A DNA stretch of 32,000 nucleotides from Candidatus Hadarchaeota archaeon (lineage in GTDB: Archaea; Hadarchaeota; Hadarchaeia; Hadarchaeales; Hadarchaeaceae), in assembly GCA_964514965.1 (NCBI GenBank), contig CAZETV010000001.1, forward strand, positions 603,063 through 635,062. Direction: 5' to 3'. The first letter of the stretch is position 1, and the number at the start of each line of letters is the position of its first letter. The position numbers were made by a program, and so were the translations under genes. This document shows positions 11,104 to 20,423 of this stretch, one piece after another. The notes under the pieces were generated by a model. It did no database searches. It had not been told where the DNA came from and saw only the letters and a list, made by a program, of their open reading frames with translations.

Positions 11104-11320
11104 AAGTGCACGCCAGCAAGTCGTCGAGCGTTGCCAAGAGAGTTTCAATTTTGCCGTCAAGCTCTATCGTGCTGACCACTTGCGTACCCCGTGCATCTGT
11201 CACCACCAGAATACCTTTTGGAGCTTGATGGCTGTCTGGTCTTAGCGCAACGGCTATCGCCTTTGAAATACCCCTGCTTCCATAGGTGCAGCTCACTTCC
11301 GCGCGCATTCTCATAAGCAT
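11081..11320 (-). CDS. pcc1: KEOPS Pcc1-like subunit
   Basis: MLMRMRAEVSCTYGSRGISKAIAVALRPDSHQAPKGI...TIELDGKIETLLATLDDLLACTSTAESIL; ALRPD and LxATLDDLL motifs. Real start is internal to the ORF track call and lies just after the upstream gene stop (11331). Confidence 0.8.
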   Translation of the reverse strand: MLMRMRAEVSCTYGSRGISKAIAVALRPDSHQAPKGILVVTDARGTQVVSTIELDGKIETLLATLDDLLACTSTAESIL

Positions 11321-11330
11321 CCCCCGCAGC

Positions 11331-12788
11331 TCATTCACTGCCTCCCGAGAGCATTTGGTCGACCTTAGCGATAAATTCGTCCATCCTCTCCCGTGGTATT
11401 CGCGCCGCGGCCGAGACATCGTGACCTCCGCCATTCCCCCCTACCGCTTTCGCAGCTTCAGCCAGAGCCCGCCCAACATCTACACCTTGCATCGCTAGTC
11501 TGGAGGTACTTCGGGCCGAGACCTTGAGCTCCTTCGCGCTAACGTCTGTGATCCCTAGAATCGGGCGGTCTGCGGCGACGAGCCCGGACTCTATCGCGAG
11601 CGCGAGCGCTTCGCCCACCATGCTCGAACCGACCTTACTGCCGAAGTTTATGTACTTCAATCTTGGCGTGAGTTTGAAGGAGTCGAGGTGGGAGACGAAC
11701 CATTCTAGCACTTTCAGCATTTGCTCTTGGTGGCTTTTCAATAGGGCGAGCGCCTCAGCCTGCGCTGATTGATCACCCACCGCCACGGCGAAGCCGAACT
11801 CGGGTTTGCGGAGATTGGTGCAGGCGTCAAGCATCGCTGCGTATTCCCTGATGTCACGTGGGCCAACCAAGTCATCCGTAACTAATGTGTAAGTTGCTCC
11901 CCAAAGCATACGGTAGAACTCTTCATTAGTTGGAGTGCCGACTCGAGCCGGGATTGCATCCCGCAGTTTTCGCTCCGCCTCCAATCCGAGTTCGGCCAAA
12001 GTACTGGAGGGCGAGAGACCAAGTGCGTCAACGATGGAGCGACAAGCAGATGGGTCTCCAGAAAGGGAAGAAATGTAAGGCCGCGTCATTAATCTTAAAC
12101 ATTCTACGACAGGATTCAAGGTGCGCCCAACCAGTCTAAGTCCCTTGCCCACTCGCAGGAATCCTAAGTCGATCGCCCGCTTCACTAAAATCTCATTGAT
12201 GCCGGTGAAACCCGAGGAGAGCTCTTGACGGTCACCGATTGCTCCCGCGATCGCGAGCCCAACAAGGGGTCTGAAGATCCGGTCTAGCTGCTCAACGACT
12301 GAGTAAACTGCACCGCTAGCGCTCACGTCTTTCGCGCCGTTTAGCCCGCACACATGAGGGTTCAAATAAGCTAAGTTGGGGTGGTCCAGAAATTTCCCGG
12401 GGTGGTGATCTATTACTAGGACATCGCGCTTCTTACCGAGGATGAACTTGTGAATCGCTTCAATCTGACTGCTCCCTTGGTCGAAGAATATGAAGAAATC
12501 GTGTTTTCCCTTCCCGAGTTCGGCTATTTCGTCCGGCTTTAACGGACGTGTGAACTCGACGTTAAGGGGAACGTTGTATATGTAAAGACATCTCGCCATA
12601 ATCGCTGCTGCGGCTACACCGTCGGCATCTGCATGGGAGATGACCTTGACGCGGGTGTCGCCGCCTAGCCTCGGCTTAAGGAATGAAATTACCCCATCAA
12701 CAGCCCACTGAAACTTTCTAACCTCAGCACGACTAGGCGGAACTTTAACCACCTTTTGGTGATTTCCTCTTTTATTTATTCGCTTCAA
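11331..12788 (-). CDS. DHH-family phosphoesterase, archaeal RecJ-like
   Basis: SHADADGVAAAAI, FFDQGSS, VLVIDHHPG, C-terminal DHHA1-like GGNGGGHDVSAAARIP. Confidence 0.88.
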   Translation of the reverse strand: MKRINKRGNHQKVVKVPPSRAEVRKFQWAVDGVISFLKPRLGGDTRVKVISHADADGVAAAAIMARCLYIYNVPLNVEFTRPLKPDEIAELGKGKHDFFIFFDQGSSQIEAIHKFILGKKRDVLVIDHHPGKFLDHPNLAYLNPHVCGLNGAKDVSASGAVYSVVEQLDRIFRPLVGLAIAGAIGDRQELSSGFTGINEILVKRAIDLGFLRVGKGLRLVGRTLNPVVECLRLMTRPYISSLSGDPSACRSIVDALGLSPSSTLAELGLEAERKLRDAIPARVGTPTNEEFYRMLWGATYTLVTDDLVGPRDIREYAAMLDACTNLRKPEFGFAVAVGDQSAQAEALALLKSHQEQMLKVLEWFVSHLDSFKLTPRLKYINFGSKVGSSMVGEALALAIESGLVAADRPILGITDVSAKELKVSARSTSRLAMQGVDVGRALAEAAKAVGGNGGGHDVSAAARIPRERMDEFIAKVDQMLSGGSE

Positions 12789-12872
12789 CTATTAACGCTT
12801 ACCAGAGAATTCATCGGCGCTGTTAACTTAAGTTTTGATGAAAAGTGAGGTATATATTGTTTTTACTACAGC

Positions 12873-14135
12873 ATGAAAAGGGATGGGAGACGGCCAATGA
12901 TTATCCTACTCGTCTATATTATAGGCATTCTCCTTTGCCTCCTGATGGCGTGGAACCTAGGGGCAAATGACGCTGCTAACCCTACTGACTGTGCAGTGGG
13001 CTCAGGCGCCATCTCGATGAAAAAAGCGATTATCCTCTTTGCGATATTTGCTTCGCTCGGCGGAATACTCCTTGGCCCATTCGTGATGAAAACAATCGAT
13101 CAGGGCATCATCCCCAAGGAGGCACTGCCTGAAGGAGTGATGATTCTAGGAAGTTTCGCCGCGATACTTGCAGCGGGCCTCTTCGTTGCCTTTTGCACAT
13201 GGAAAGGCTTGCCAACTTCCACTACCCACTCCATCGTTGGCGGAGTTCTGGGTTTTGGACTCATCGCATCTCCTCAATTGGTGAACTGGGATAAGGTTTT
13301 CATAATTTTTGGCAGCTTGTTGATTTCACCTATCTTATCCGTTTTTGTAGCGTTTGGCCTCTTCTATGCCTTCCGCGCATACTTTAGAAAACCTAGGAAG
13401 AGACAAACGAACCTAATCTTGAGCTATCTACTCCTCTTCGCCCTAGGTTTCTCCACCACGCTTGCCATTTGCCAGAAAGTTCTTCAATTCCCCCCGCTTG
13501 AATCTCTCGTTGTAACTTTACTGAGTGCGATAATGCTAGGAACCATTGGTACAACTTGGATCCACAAAAGGTATCAAACCACAAAAAGCGGTAATCGCGC
13601 AGATAAGACTGGGACTATAAAACTTATGTCCAACCTCCTCATCATAGCTCTATGTTTTTCTGCTTTCGCGTTTGGTGCGAACGACATGGCAAATGCTACC
13701 GGAGCCTTCGTAACCCCCACCATGGCAATATCGGGGGCACCGACAATGGAAGTTATGATATTACTCGCCTTGCTCGGAAGCTTTGGCATGACAGTAGGCG
13801 GTCTTACTTGGGGTTACCGTGTGATTAGAACTGCAAGCTTCAGGGTTACGCGTCTTGATCCACTGACCGGGCTCGCAGGCGAGTACTCTAACGCGTTGGT
13901 AATCATCCTTTTCACGATTGTCCCGTACTATCTCATCGGGTTTGGAATACCCATTTCCACTACCCATTCAAGCATAGGTTCAATCATAGGCGTTGGTATA
14001 GCTTCAATGGGTTTTGGAGGCGTGAACAAACGTACGGTTGGAAGAATCATTTTGGCATGGGGGCTAACTATTCCCGTCGTAGTTATTTTGAGCGCGGTAT
14101 TATTCGGACTGTTCAACATTTTCATACCAACGTGA
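12873..14135 (+). CDS. PiT-family inorganic phosphate transporter
   Basis: GANDAANPTDCAVGSGAIS, PTSTTHSIVGG, GANDMANATGAFVTP, PISTTHSSIGSIIGVG duplicated signature; multiple TM segments. Confidence 0.93.
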   Translation: MKRDGRRPMIILLVYIIGILLCLLMAWNLGANDAANPTDCAVGSGAISMKKAIILFAIFASLGGILLGPFVMKTIDQGIIPKEALPEGVMILGSFAAILAAGLFVAFCTWKGLPTSTTHSIVGGVLGFGLIASPQLVNWDKVFIIFGSLLISPILSVFVAFGLFYAFRAYFRKPRKRQTNLILSYLLLFALGFSTTLAICQKVLQFPPLESLVVTLLSAIMLGTIGTTWIHKRYQTTKSGNRADKTGTIKLMSNLLIIALCFSAFAFGANDMANATGAFVTPTMAISGAPTMEVMILLALLGSFGMTVGGLTWGYRVIRTASFRVTRLDPLTGLAGEYSNALVIILFTIVPYYLIGFGIPISTTHSSIGSIIGVGIASMGFGGVNKRTVGRIILAWGLTIPVVVILSAVLFGLFNIFIPT

Positions 14136-14188
14136 TAAGATGACGTATTTTAAATAGAACAATTTCAATATCTCTTGGAGGTATAAGA

Positions 14189-14866
14189 TTGAAATCAAGA
14201 AGTTCGCTGATTTGGCTAGGAAAAGAAAAGGAAAAGGACATCATCAAGCTTTGCGAGGAGCACATGACCAAACTCATTGCGACCATCATCGGGTTAAAAA
14301 AGACAGTCTACGCTTTTTGCGAATCGGACGCGACAAAGATGAAGAGTGCCTTCAAGGAAGTCGCCGATAGAGAAAGAGAAGCGGACGAAATTAAGAGAAA
14401 AGTCATCGAAAAACTCTCCAAGGGAATTTTTCATCCGATAAATCGAGAAGAGATTATAAGGCTCATTCTAACAGCTGACGATATCGCGACGAATGCTGAA
14501 GCGGCGACGAGAAGGTTGAAAATAATCCCCATAGGAAAAATCGATAAGGAGCTGAAGACGGGACTAAAGGCTATGTCCGATAACCTCGTAGACATAGTAG
14601 AGTCGGTGAGCAACGCGCTGAGGATGTTAACCCAAAACCCAAGCGAAGCGATTAATCTAGCAAACGAAGCGGAGATGATAGAGGAGAGAATCGATGAGTT
14701 CCGGATGAATCAACTTGTGCCGAAACTCGTCACTTGGATCAATCGATCGAAGACGGCCGGATTTTGTGTGATGTTAAAGGAAACAATCGATAGAATGGAG
14801 AATGTTGCGGATCGTTGCGAAGATGTCGCGGACGTGATAAGGAGCATCGTGATAAGTTACGCTTGA
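14189..14866 (+). CDS. DUF47/PhoU-like phosphate transport accessory protein
   Basis: 225 aa all-helical; SDATKMKSAFKEVADREREADEIKRKVIEKL, ENVADRCEDVADVIRSIVI; GGAGGT ribosome-binding site, TTG start; immediately downstream of the PiT transporter. Confidence 0.88.
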   Translation: MKSRSSLIWLGKEKEKDIIKLCEEHMTKLIATIIGLKKTVYAFCESDATKMKSAFKEVADREREADEIKRKVIEKLSKGIFHPINREEIIRLILTADDIATNAEAATRRLKIIPIGKIDKELKTGLKAMSDNLVDIVESVSNALRMLTQNPSEAINLANEAEMIEERIDEFRMNQLVPKLVTWINRSKTAGFCVMLKETIDRMENVADRCEDVADVIRSIVISYA

Positions 14867-14988
14867 GGCAGATGATAAGCAAAAAGTTGAACTGATTAAT
14901 TAGTCCAGACGCGGATTTTGAAATCGACGAAAAAATAAATTTATAAAACGGGCCAGCTTTTTAGGTATTCAAAGAACTTTTTTACCAA

Positions 14989-15543
14989 TCACTTTACTTT
15001 AGGTAAAGTTATTTCCTTTTGTTTTTGATAAATGCCTTTTTTGTCTTTGTAGCTAAACAAACATTCTTCATCGCTCTCCAGAAAAATTACCTGCACTATC
15101 CCCTCGTCCGCGTAAACCTTTGCGGGCCCCGGACCCAAGTTAGCGATTTCTATCGTGACAAATCCCTCCCATTCACTCTCTAAAGGAGTGATATTGACCA
15201 CCACTCCGCACCGGGCATAAGTGGATTTCCCAAAGCACAGAGCCAGAACTTTCCTAGGGATTCTGAAATATTCGACTGACCTCCCGAGCACAAAAGAGTT
15301 CGGGGGAATCTCACATGTTTTTCCTTTAAAATCTCTGAACAGATTTGAGTCGAAATTTTTTGGATCGAGTCCGCTTTCTGCTTTGGGTTCATAAATTTTG
15401 AAATCGTCCGCTAGGCGCATATCGTAACCATAACTTGAAAGACCGTAGGAAATGACGCCCTCTCGAACTTGGTGGTCGACGAAAGGTTCTATCATCCTGT
15501 GCTTGAGGGCCATCTCGCTTATCCATCGGTCGGATTTTAACAT
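14989..15543 (-). CDS. dcd: dCTP deaminase
   Basis: [54 protein letters not shown]. Confidence 0.92.
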   Translation of the reverse strand: MLKSDRWISEMALKHRMIEPFVDHQVREGVISYGLSSYGYDMRLADDFKIYEPKAESGLDPKNFDSNLFRDFKGKTCEIPPNSFVLGRSVEYFRIPRKVLALCFGKSTYARCGVVVNITPLESEWEGFVTIEIANLGPGPAKVYADEGIVQVIFLESDEECLFSYKDKKGIYQKQKEITLPKVK

Positions 15544-15656
15544 GTTTGCTCAGTCCACTAGTAAAAAGATTATCGCAATTAAGTTTAACTCTTAAAGATA
15601 GATGGTTGAAGATGTTTAGTTGACGCTTTTCAAATAAAATTAAAAACCGTTGTTAG

Positions 15657-16136
15657 TTAAGTGGCTGTTTTCAAAACAAGTTTGGCTATTCTGTGACCGT
15701 ACTCTCTACACGAATTTTTACTTCTGTCATCCGGTTTCTCGATGGCCACGGGTCCATAGTGGTCACCATCTGGCGTTCCCTGAACCACCATGCCATGAAT
15801 CAATAAGGCCTGCAATATGCTCACTATCGTTGTCTCGTTGCCACCGGCGATGCCGCCCGAAGAAGAAAAAGCCCCGCCAACTTTCCCTGCTAAGTCTCCG
15901 TGAAATTCAACGCTATCGTCTATGAGCTTCTTAATCTCTGCGGCCATAGACCCGTAGTAGGTCGGGGATCCGATGACTATGCCGTCAAAATCAAGCAACT
16001 CTTCAACTTTAGTATCCTGCACAGCCTTCACCTCAACCCCAACATCCTTTTCTCTTCGTACACCCTCGGCTATCAACTCGGCCATCTCCTTTGTGTGCCC
16101 AGTTTTCGAATGATAAAGGACCAAAACTTTCGGCAT
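15657..16136 (-). CDS. Flavodoxin-like NAD(P)H:quinone oxidoreductase, WrbA-like
   Basis: VLVLYHSKTGHTKEMAELIAEGV (flavodoxin phosphate loop), DGIVIGSPTYYGSMAAEIK, GKVGGAFSSSGGIAGGNETT. Confidence 0.85.
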   Translation of the reverse strand: MPKVLVLYHSKTGHTKEMAELIAEGVRREKDVGVEVKAVQDTKVEELLDFDGIVIGSPTYYGSMAAEIKKLIDDSVEFHGDLAGKVGGAFSSSGGIAGGNETTIVSILQALLIHGMVVQGTPDGDHYGPVAIEKPDDRSKNSCREYGHRIAKLVLKTAT

Positions 16137-16270
16137 TCAACATCCCTCCAACTTTTTTTCCATCCTTGCTTTTTTTATTTGTACGATTAAAAAGTTGTTG
16201 TCTTTAATCTATTTTGAAAATCAGAGTAGTGGATTGATGCCATACATGAGCAGACAACAAAAACGCAACC

Positions 16271-16318
16271 TTTATATAGATTAGTTGCATAGACAACTAA
16301 ATAGTTGCGTTTGCAACT
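16271..16318 (+). promoter_or_regulatory. TATA-like box plus two tandem inverted repeats (candidate MarR operators)
   Basis: TTTATATA 16271-16278; AGTTG-CATAGA-CAACT 16283-16298; AGTTGC-GTTT-GCAACT 16303-16318. Confidence 0.65.
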
Positions 16319-16320
16319 GT

Positions 16321-16776
16321 GTGATATCAACGCCATCAACGAAAAGTGCAAGTAAAATTAGTCATGAATCAGTTGGGAGACTGGCATCCTGCATTTACAG
16401 ATATGGTTTAATCCACATAGGCAATGAATTGAAACCTTACAATATCGGGGGCGGGCAATTTAATTTCTTAATGGTTTTATATCAAAATGATGGAATTAAT
16501 CAAGAAACTCTTGCTCAATCCCTTAAATTAGATAAAGCGACGACTGCACGAGCAATAACAAAGTTGGTTAAAGAGGGCTATGTGGCCCGGCAGAGGGACG
16601 ATTTGGATCTAAGAGCGTACAAACTTTTTCTTACCAAAAAAGCAAAAAAAATAGAGCCCATAATAAAAAAAATATTATCGGGATGGACCGAAACTCTTTT
16701 ATCCGGTTTTACTGAGGACGAAAGAAAATTGTTTTTAGATTTTTTAAAACGAACAGTCCAGAACGCGACATTTTAA
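16321..16776 (+). CDS. MarR-family transcriptional regulator
   Basis: GQFNFLMVLYQNDGINQETLAQSLKLDKATTARAITKLVKEGYVARQRDDLDLRAYKLFLT: wHTH with LxLDKATxARxIxKLxxxGYVxRxxDxxDxR. Start uncertain (GTG at 16321 proposed). Confidence 0.88.
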   Translation: MISTPSTKSASKISHESVGRLASCIYRYGLIHIGNELKPYNIGGGQFNFLMVLYQNDGINQETLAQSLKLDKATTARAITKLVKEGYVARQRDDLDLRAYKLFLTKKAKKIEPIIKKILSGWTETLLSGFTEDERKLFLDFLKRTVQNATF

Positions 16777-16799
16777 AATAGAAAATGGAGACTGCTTTC

Positions 16800-18215
16800 A
16801 TGAGAGACAGAGAATTTAAAAATAACATTCTCGATTTGCCATCTAAGGAAATAGAGACAGAAGGCGTCAAAACGCTTCTCGGGGAACCTAAAAAAGCCAT
16901 TGTCAAACTTGCAATACCGCTTATAATCGCGATGTCAGTACAAACATTATATAATCTCGTTGATGCAATTTGGGTTTCTGGTCTTGGCGCTGACGCACTC
17001 GCCGCCATCGGCTTTGTATTCCCATTTTACTTTATGGCCATCGCACTTTCTACCGGGATAGGTGTAGGTGTTGGGTCTGCCATATCGCGCAAAATCGGTG
17101 CTAGGGATAAAGAGGGCGCGGACAATGTAGCTGTTCATTCAATAATTATAATGCTGTTACTTACAGTTGTTTTTACCATACCCCTTTTTGTTTTTGCTGG
17201 AGATATTTTTGTCCTAATCGGCGCCGGTAAAACAGCGGGCATGGCCGCGGCCTATGGCAGCGTTATCTTTGCTGGTGGTATCTTTATTTTTTTCAGCAAT
17301 ACAGCTAATTCCATACTCCGGAGTGAAGGGGATGTCAAGAGAGCCATGTATGCCACGATGCTGGGTGCTGGCCTAAATATGGTATTGGACCCGATTTTTA
17401 TCTACACTTTTAACATGGGTGTTGCGGGCGCTGCCTGGGCCACAATCATGTCTTTGAGTGTTACATCTATCCTAATGGCAAACTGGTTATTCCTCAAAAA
17501 GAACACATATGTTTCGTTCAAATTCAGTAATTTCAAATTCAATAAAAACATCGTTAAAGATATTTTTGGAGTTGGGCTTCCGGCTTCAATATCACAGTTG
17601 TCCATGGCGCTCATTATGATAATAATAAACGTCATAATAGTGATGTTGGGGACAGGCAGTACCGATGGAGTAGCGGTATACACAACAGGATGGAGAGTTG
17701 TAACGATAGCAACCCTGCCATTGCTTGGCATCGCCACCGCTGTTGTCCCGGTAAGTGGCGCTGCTTTTGGTGCACGCTCCTTCGAGAAGTTAAAAGTTTC
17801 TCACTTCTATGCCGTGAAGATCGGTGCCATGATAGAGGTAGTTATAGCAGCGGTGACATTCATTTTTGCCCCCCAGATAGCTGCGGTATTCACACAATCT
17901 GAAGGAGCGGCACATATCGCACCCGATTTAATATTTTTCCTTAGAATAATTTGCATTTTTTACCCAGCAGCGGCATTCGGAATGCTTTCTGCTTCGGTTT
18001 TCCAAGGAACTGGAAAGGGGATAAATGCTCTAATCGCCACAATTTTGCGGACGCTTATCCTAACTCCATTATTTGTGGTCGTATTAGCTTTCAGCTTTAA
18101 CATAGGACTGATTGGAATCTGGTTGGGCATAGTCGCGGCAAATATCATTGGTTCAGTAGTAGCATTCTCATGGGCTAGGCTGTACATAGTCAAACTACTA
18201 AGGCCCGCTCCATAA
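16800..18215 (+). CDS. MATE-family multidrug/cation efflux protein
   Basis: KLAIPLIIAMSVQTLYNLVDAIWVSGLGADALAAIGFVFP, NSILRSEGDVKRAMYATMLGAGLNMVLDPIFIY; about 12 hydrophobic segments. GGAG about 9 bp before the ATG at 16800. Confidence 0.93.
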   Translation: MRDREFKNNILDLPSKEIETEGVKTLLGEPKKAIVKLAIPLIIAMSVQTLYNLVDAIWVSGLGADALAAIGFVFPFYFMAIALSTGIGVGVGSAISRKIGARDKEGADNVAVHSIIIMLLLTVVFTIPLFVFAGDIFVLIGAGKTAGMAAAYGSVIFAGGIFIFFSNTANSILRSEGDVKRAMYATMLGAGLNMVLDPIFIYTFNMGVAGAAWATIMSLSVTSILMANWLFLKKNTYVSFKFSNFKFNKNIVKDIFGVGLPASISQLSMALIMIIINVIIVMLGTGSTDGVAVYTTGWRVVTIATLPLLGIATAVVPVSGAAFGARSFEKLKVSHFYAVKIGAMIEVVIAAVTFIFAPQIAAVFTQSEGAAHIAPDLIFFLRIICIFYPAAAFGMLSASVFQGTGKGINALIATILRTLILTPLFVVVLAFSFNIGLIGIWLGIVAANIIGSVVAFSWARLYIVKLLRPAP

Positions 18216-18224
18216 TCGAGGGAT

Positions 18225-19019
18225 TTAGACTGCCGGAGAGAGCCAAATAAGTGCTAATAAGATAATTATAATTGCGATTATTAGCACCGCAGAAATCAAA
18301 AAACGATGCGGTCTAGATTCTTTAACTGGAGTTTCAACAGGTTCTATCCGGCTGCCAGTTTCAACAGGCCCTATACGGCGCCCACTTAAAATGTCCAATA
18401 TCTTCCATCTTTTATCAAGCTCTTCTTTTTCTTTTAGTTTCAAATAGGGTGGATACTCTGGGCAAGGATGACCATCTTTTCTCCATTCATCCATTTCTTT
18501 TGGTTTGCCTTTAAATGGTGGAAGCATGGGAATTTTTGGGTTTAGGTGTTTTTCACAAAAATTTTTCCCGCAATATCTGCATACATGAAGTTTTATTTTT
18601 GTTCTACACGGATGATAGGAACAAACGTTTTTTCGTGGGCGATGTGTTTTAGATTTAACACGATGTCCAGAGCTTTTTTTACTTCCATCAACTACAACCA
18701 CTCCGGAAGGGGGACGCCAAATCCCGATTTCGATTTCAGCTTGTGCTTGCGCATGTTTTCCATCATGTTCTATCGAGATTAGGTGGGCCACTTCATGGGC
18801 GGCCACTTTGTCAATTTGATCGAGAGTAAGTTCTTCGAGCCTCTTTTTCCATATGCAAATAATTCTCTCCTCTATGTGGATGTGTGCTATATCACCTGAA
18901 GAGAAGGGACACGGGTTTTCAGTTATAGAAACACGAGGTGGCGGGTCGAGACCTTTCTCCTCAGAACACCTTCGAACTGCGTTTTCGAAGGCTGTCTTTT
19001 TCATCTCAAATAAACCCAT
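18225..19019 (-). CDS. Predicted HExxH zinc metalloprotease-like / AN1-like zinc finger / C-terminal TM protein
   Basis: VAAHEVAHLISIEHDGKH (HExxH), CSYHPCRTKIKLHVCRYCGKNFCEKHLNPKIP....GHPCP (AN1-like spacing), C-terminal FLISAVLIIAIIIILLALIWL. Confidence 0.6.
   Translation of the reverse strand: MGLFEMKKTAFENAVRRCSEEKGLDPPPRVSITENPCPFSSGDIAHIHIEERIICIWKKRLEELTLDQIDKVAAHEVAHLISIEHDGKHAQAQAEIEIGIWRPPSGVVVVDGSKKSSGHRVKSKTHRPRKNVCSYHPCRTKIKLHVCRYCGKNFCEKHLNPKIPMLPPFKGKPKEMDEWRKDGHPCPEYPPYLKLKEKEELDKRWKILDILSGRRIGPVETGSRIEPVETPVKESRPHRFLISAVLIIAIIIILLALIWLSPAV
18330..18383. repeat. Two-copy 27-bp tandem repeat inside the linker of the HExxH/AN1-like gene
   Basis: AGTTTCAACAGGTTCTATCCGGCTGCC / AGTTTCAACAGGCCCTATACGGCGCCC (22/27 identical), encoding near-repeat RIGPVETGS / RIEPVETPV. 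Confidence 0.7.
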
Positions 19020-19213
19020 TTAACGCTCTCCACAAATTTGGCCATCCTCCACCATCTTTTCTAGTTTGGGGATATTAAATCGGCTCTCATTCTGATATTT
19101 TAACTAATAGCTCGACTTAAATTCTTCAAATCGCATATTTTTTGGGCTTGGAAATGGGCACTTTAAAAGGGTCAAAAAGTCTATCTAAATCCTCGATTTT
19201 ATGCACGGTCAAA

Positions 19214-19759
19214 CTAAAAAATAGAGGTTGGCTGTTTTTGCGGTGATGAAGTTTTTACAATCAGTTCCACCCTTTTTTGTCTAAACAATGCAAATTGTGC
19301 TGAGGACCGACCGAGATTTTCCCTTAGTGAATCTCTCAAATAATGCACCTTGTCTGCATCAGTCTTTCCACACAATACAACAATTACTCCCTCATGGTAA
19401 TCTTTTAAGAAACCGTTGACTTGTCCGACTAGACGATCCGCTTGTGCTTTTCCCTTGAGGTTGAATTTGAGTTCTACACCAACTTTTCTATCAATACCTA
19501 TATCTGCCAAATGTCTACCGGACTCTTTTTGGATGGAATGTTGGCGAGACATTCCCATCCAATCAGGCTTATCAAACTCATTTCTCAAGAATTGGATGAG
19601 TTCGCCCCTGTAACCGTTCTCATTGGTGTACTCTTTTTGTAGTTTCCACCCTTTTATAATTGAATAAACCTTATCGAAAATATTTCCAAATACATCCGCC
19701 ATGACCACCGCCTTGGTTTGATTTTTATTTGATATTTGAAAATATAAAGGTTGTTTCAA
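19214..19759 (-). CDS. Hypothetical protein with PD-(D/E)XK nuclease-like motif
   Basis: GYRGELIQFL (alpha-1 Glu), RHLADIGIDRKVGVELKFNL (D...ExK), QADRLVGQVNGFL. Alternative start at 19702 (MADVFGNIF). Confidence 0.45.
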   Translation of the reverse strand: MKQPLYFQISNKNQTKAVVMADVFGNIFDKVYSIIKGWKLQKEYTNENGYRGELIQFLRNEFDKPDWMGMSRQHSIQKESGRHLADIGIDRKVGVELKFNLKGKAQADRLVGQVNGFLKDYHEGVIVVLCGKTDADKVHYLRDSLRENLGRSSAQFALFRQKRVELIVKTSSPQKQPTSIF

Positions 19760-19829
19760 CTCCCCGGAAAATGTGTACTTTAATTGGGTAATGAGCAGAT
19801 TAGAAAAATTCAGTCTTTTTTAATTTAAA

Positions 19830-20402
19830 CTACTTCTTTAATCGATGATAACCACGGTCTAATTCGCTCAAAAGAATTTTGCCCATATTCATCAATTTTA
19901 CGAATTCATGTTCTGATAATTCTCTTACACCATGGATTGCTTCACTCCGCGCACGCCAAAATGTTTGAGTAAGTATAGCTGAATTACTGTCAATGATGTT
20001 TTTTGAACTCAATGCTGAAACAAGTTCTGACATCGGTTTATATCTTATCCCCGTCAGCCCCAGTTTAGCAGCGATTAAACGCATTCTTTTTTCGATTTCT
20101 ATAGATAACTCTACAAATTTGGCTGTAGGTGTTGTAGCATTTTCCAACATTCTTCTTGTTTCTTTTTCAATTTTAGTTGGAGGCTTTTTCCTTTTCGTAT
20201 ATTCATTGTAAAACTCGGCGCTAAAGAGGGGGGACTTAAACTGTTTAACCCTCGGATGTTGCACGACAATACATACAATAACAATTATGCTTAACGGGAG
20301 TATTGCTTCCCAGTATGTAGTTTGGTGAAAGAGCGGTGGGAAGATTAGGTGTCCAATAAGCAGAGCAAAACAGACAAAAAGTATGCTGTTGATTACGTTC
20401 AT
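19830..20402 (-). CDS. Hypothetical membrane protein with C-terminal HEPN/DUF4145-like helical domain
   Basis: Two N-terminal TM segments; LSIEIEKRMRLIAAKLG ... FWRARSEAIHGVRELSEHE with an Rx4H-type motif. Confidence 0.45.
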   Translation of the reverse strand: MNVINSILFVCFALLIGHLIFPPLFHQTTYWEAILPLSIIVIVCIVVQHPRVKQFKSPLFSAEFYNEYTKRKKPPTKIEKETRRMLENATTPTAKFVELSIEIEKRMRLIAAKLGLTGIRYKPMSELVSALSSKNIIDSNSAILTQTFWRARSEAIHGVRELSEHEFVKLMNMGKILLSELDRGYHRLKK

Positions 20403-20423
20403 ATTTGCACCATTAAAATTTAC

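Noticed and set aside
19240-19300. Possible C/D box sRNA: GTGATGA near 19240 and CTGA near 19295 with weak CGG/CCG terminal pairing
   Set aside because: No internal C'/D' boxes, weak terminal stem, and it lies partly in the 3' end of the nuclease-like ORF; motif this short is expected by chance.
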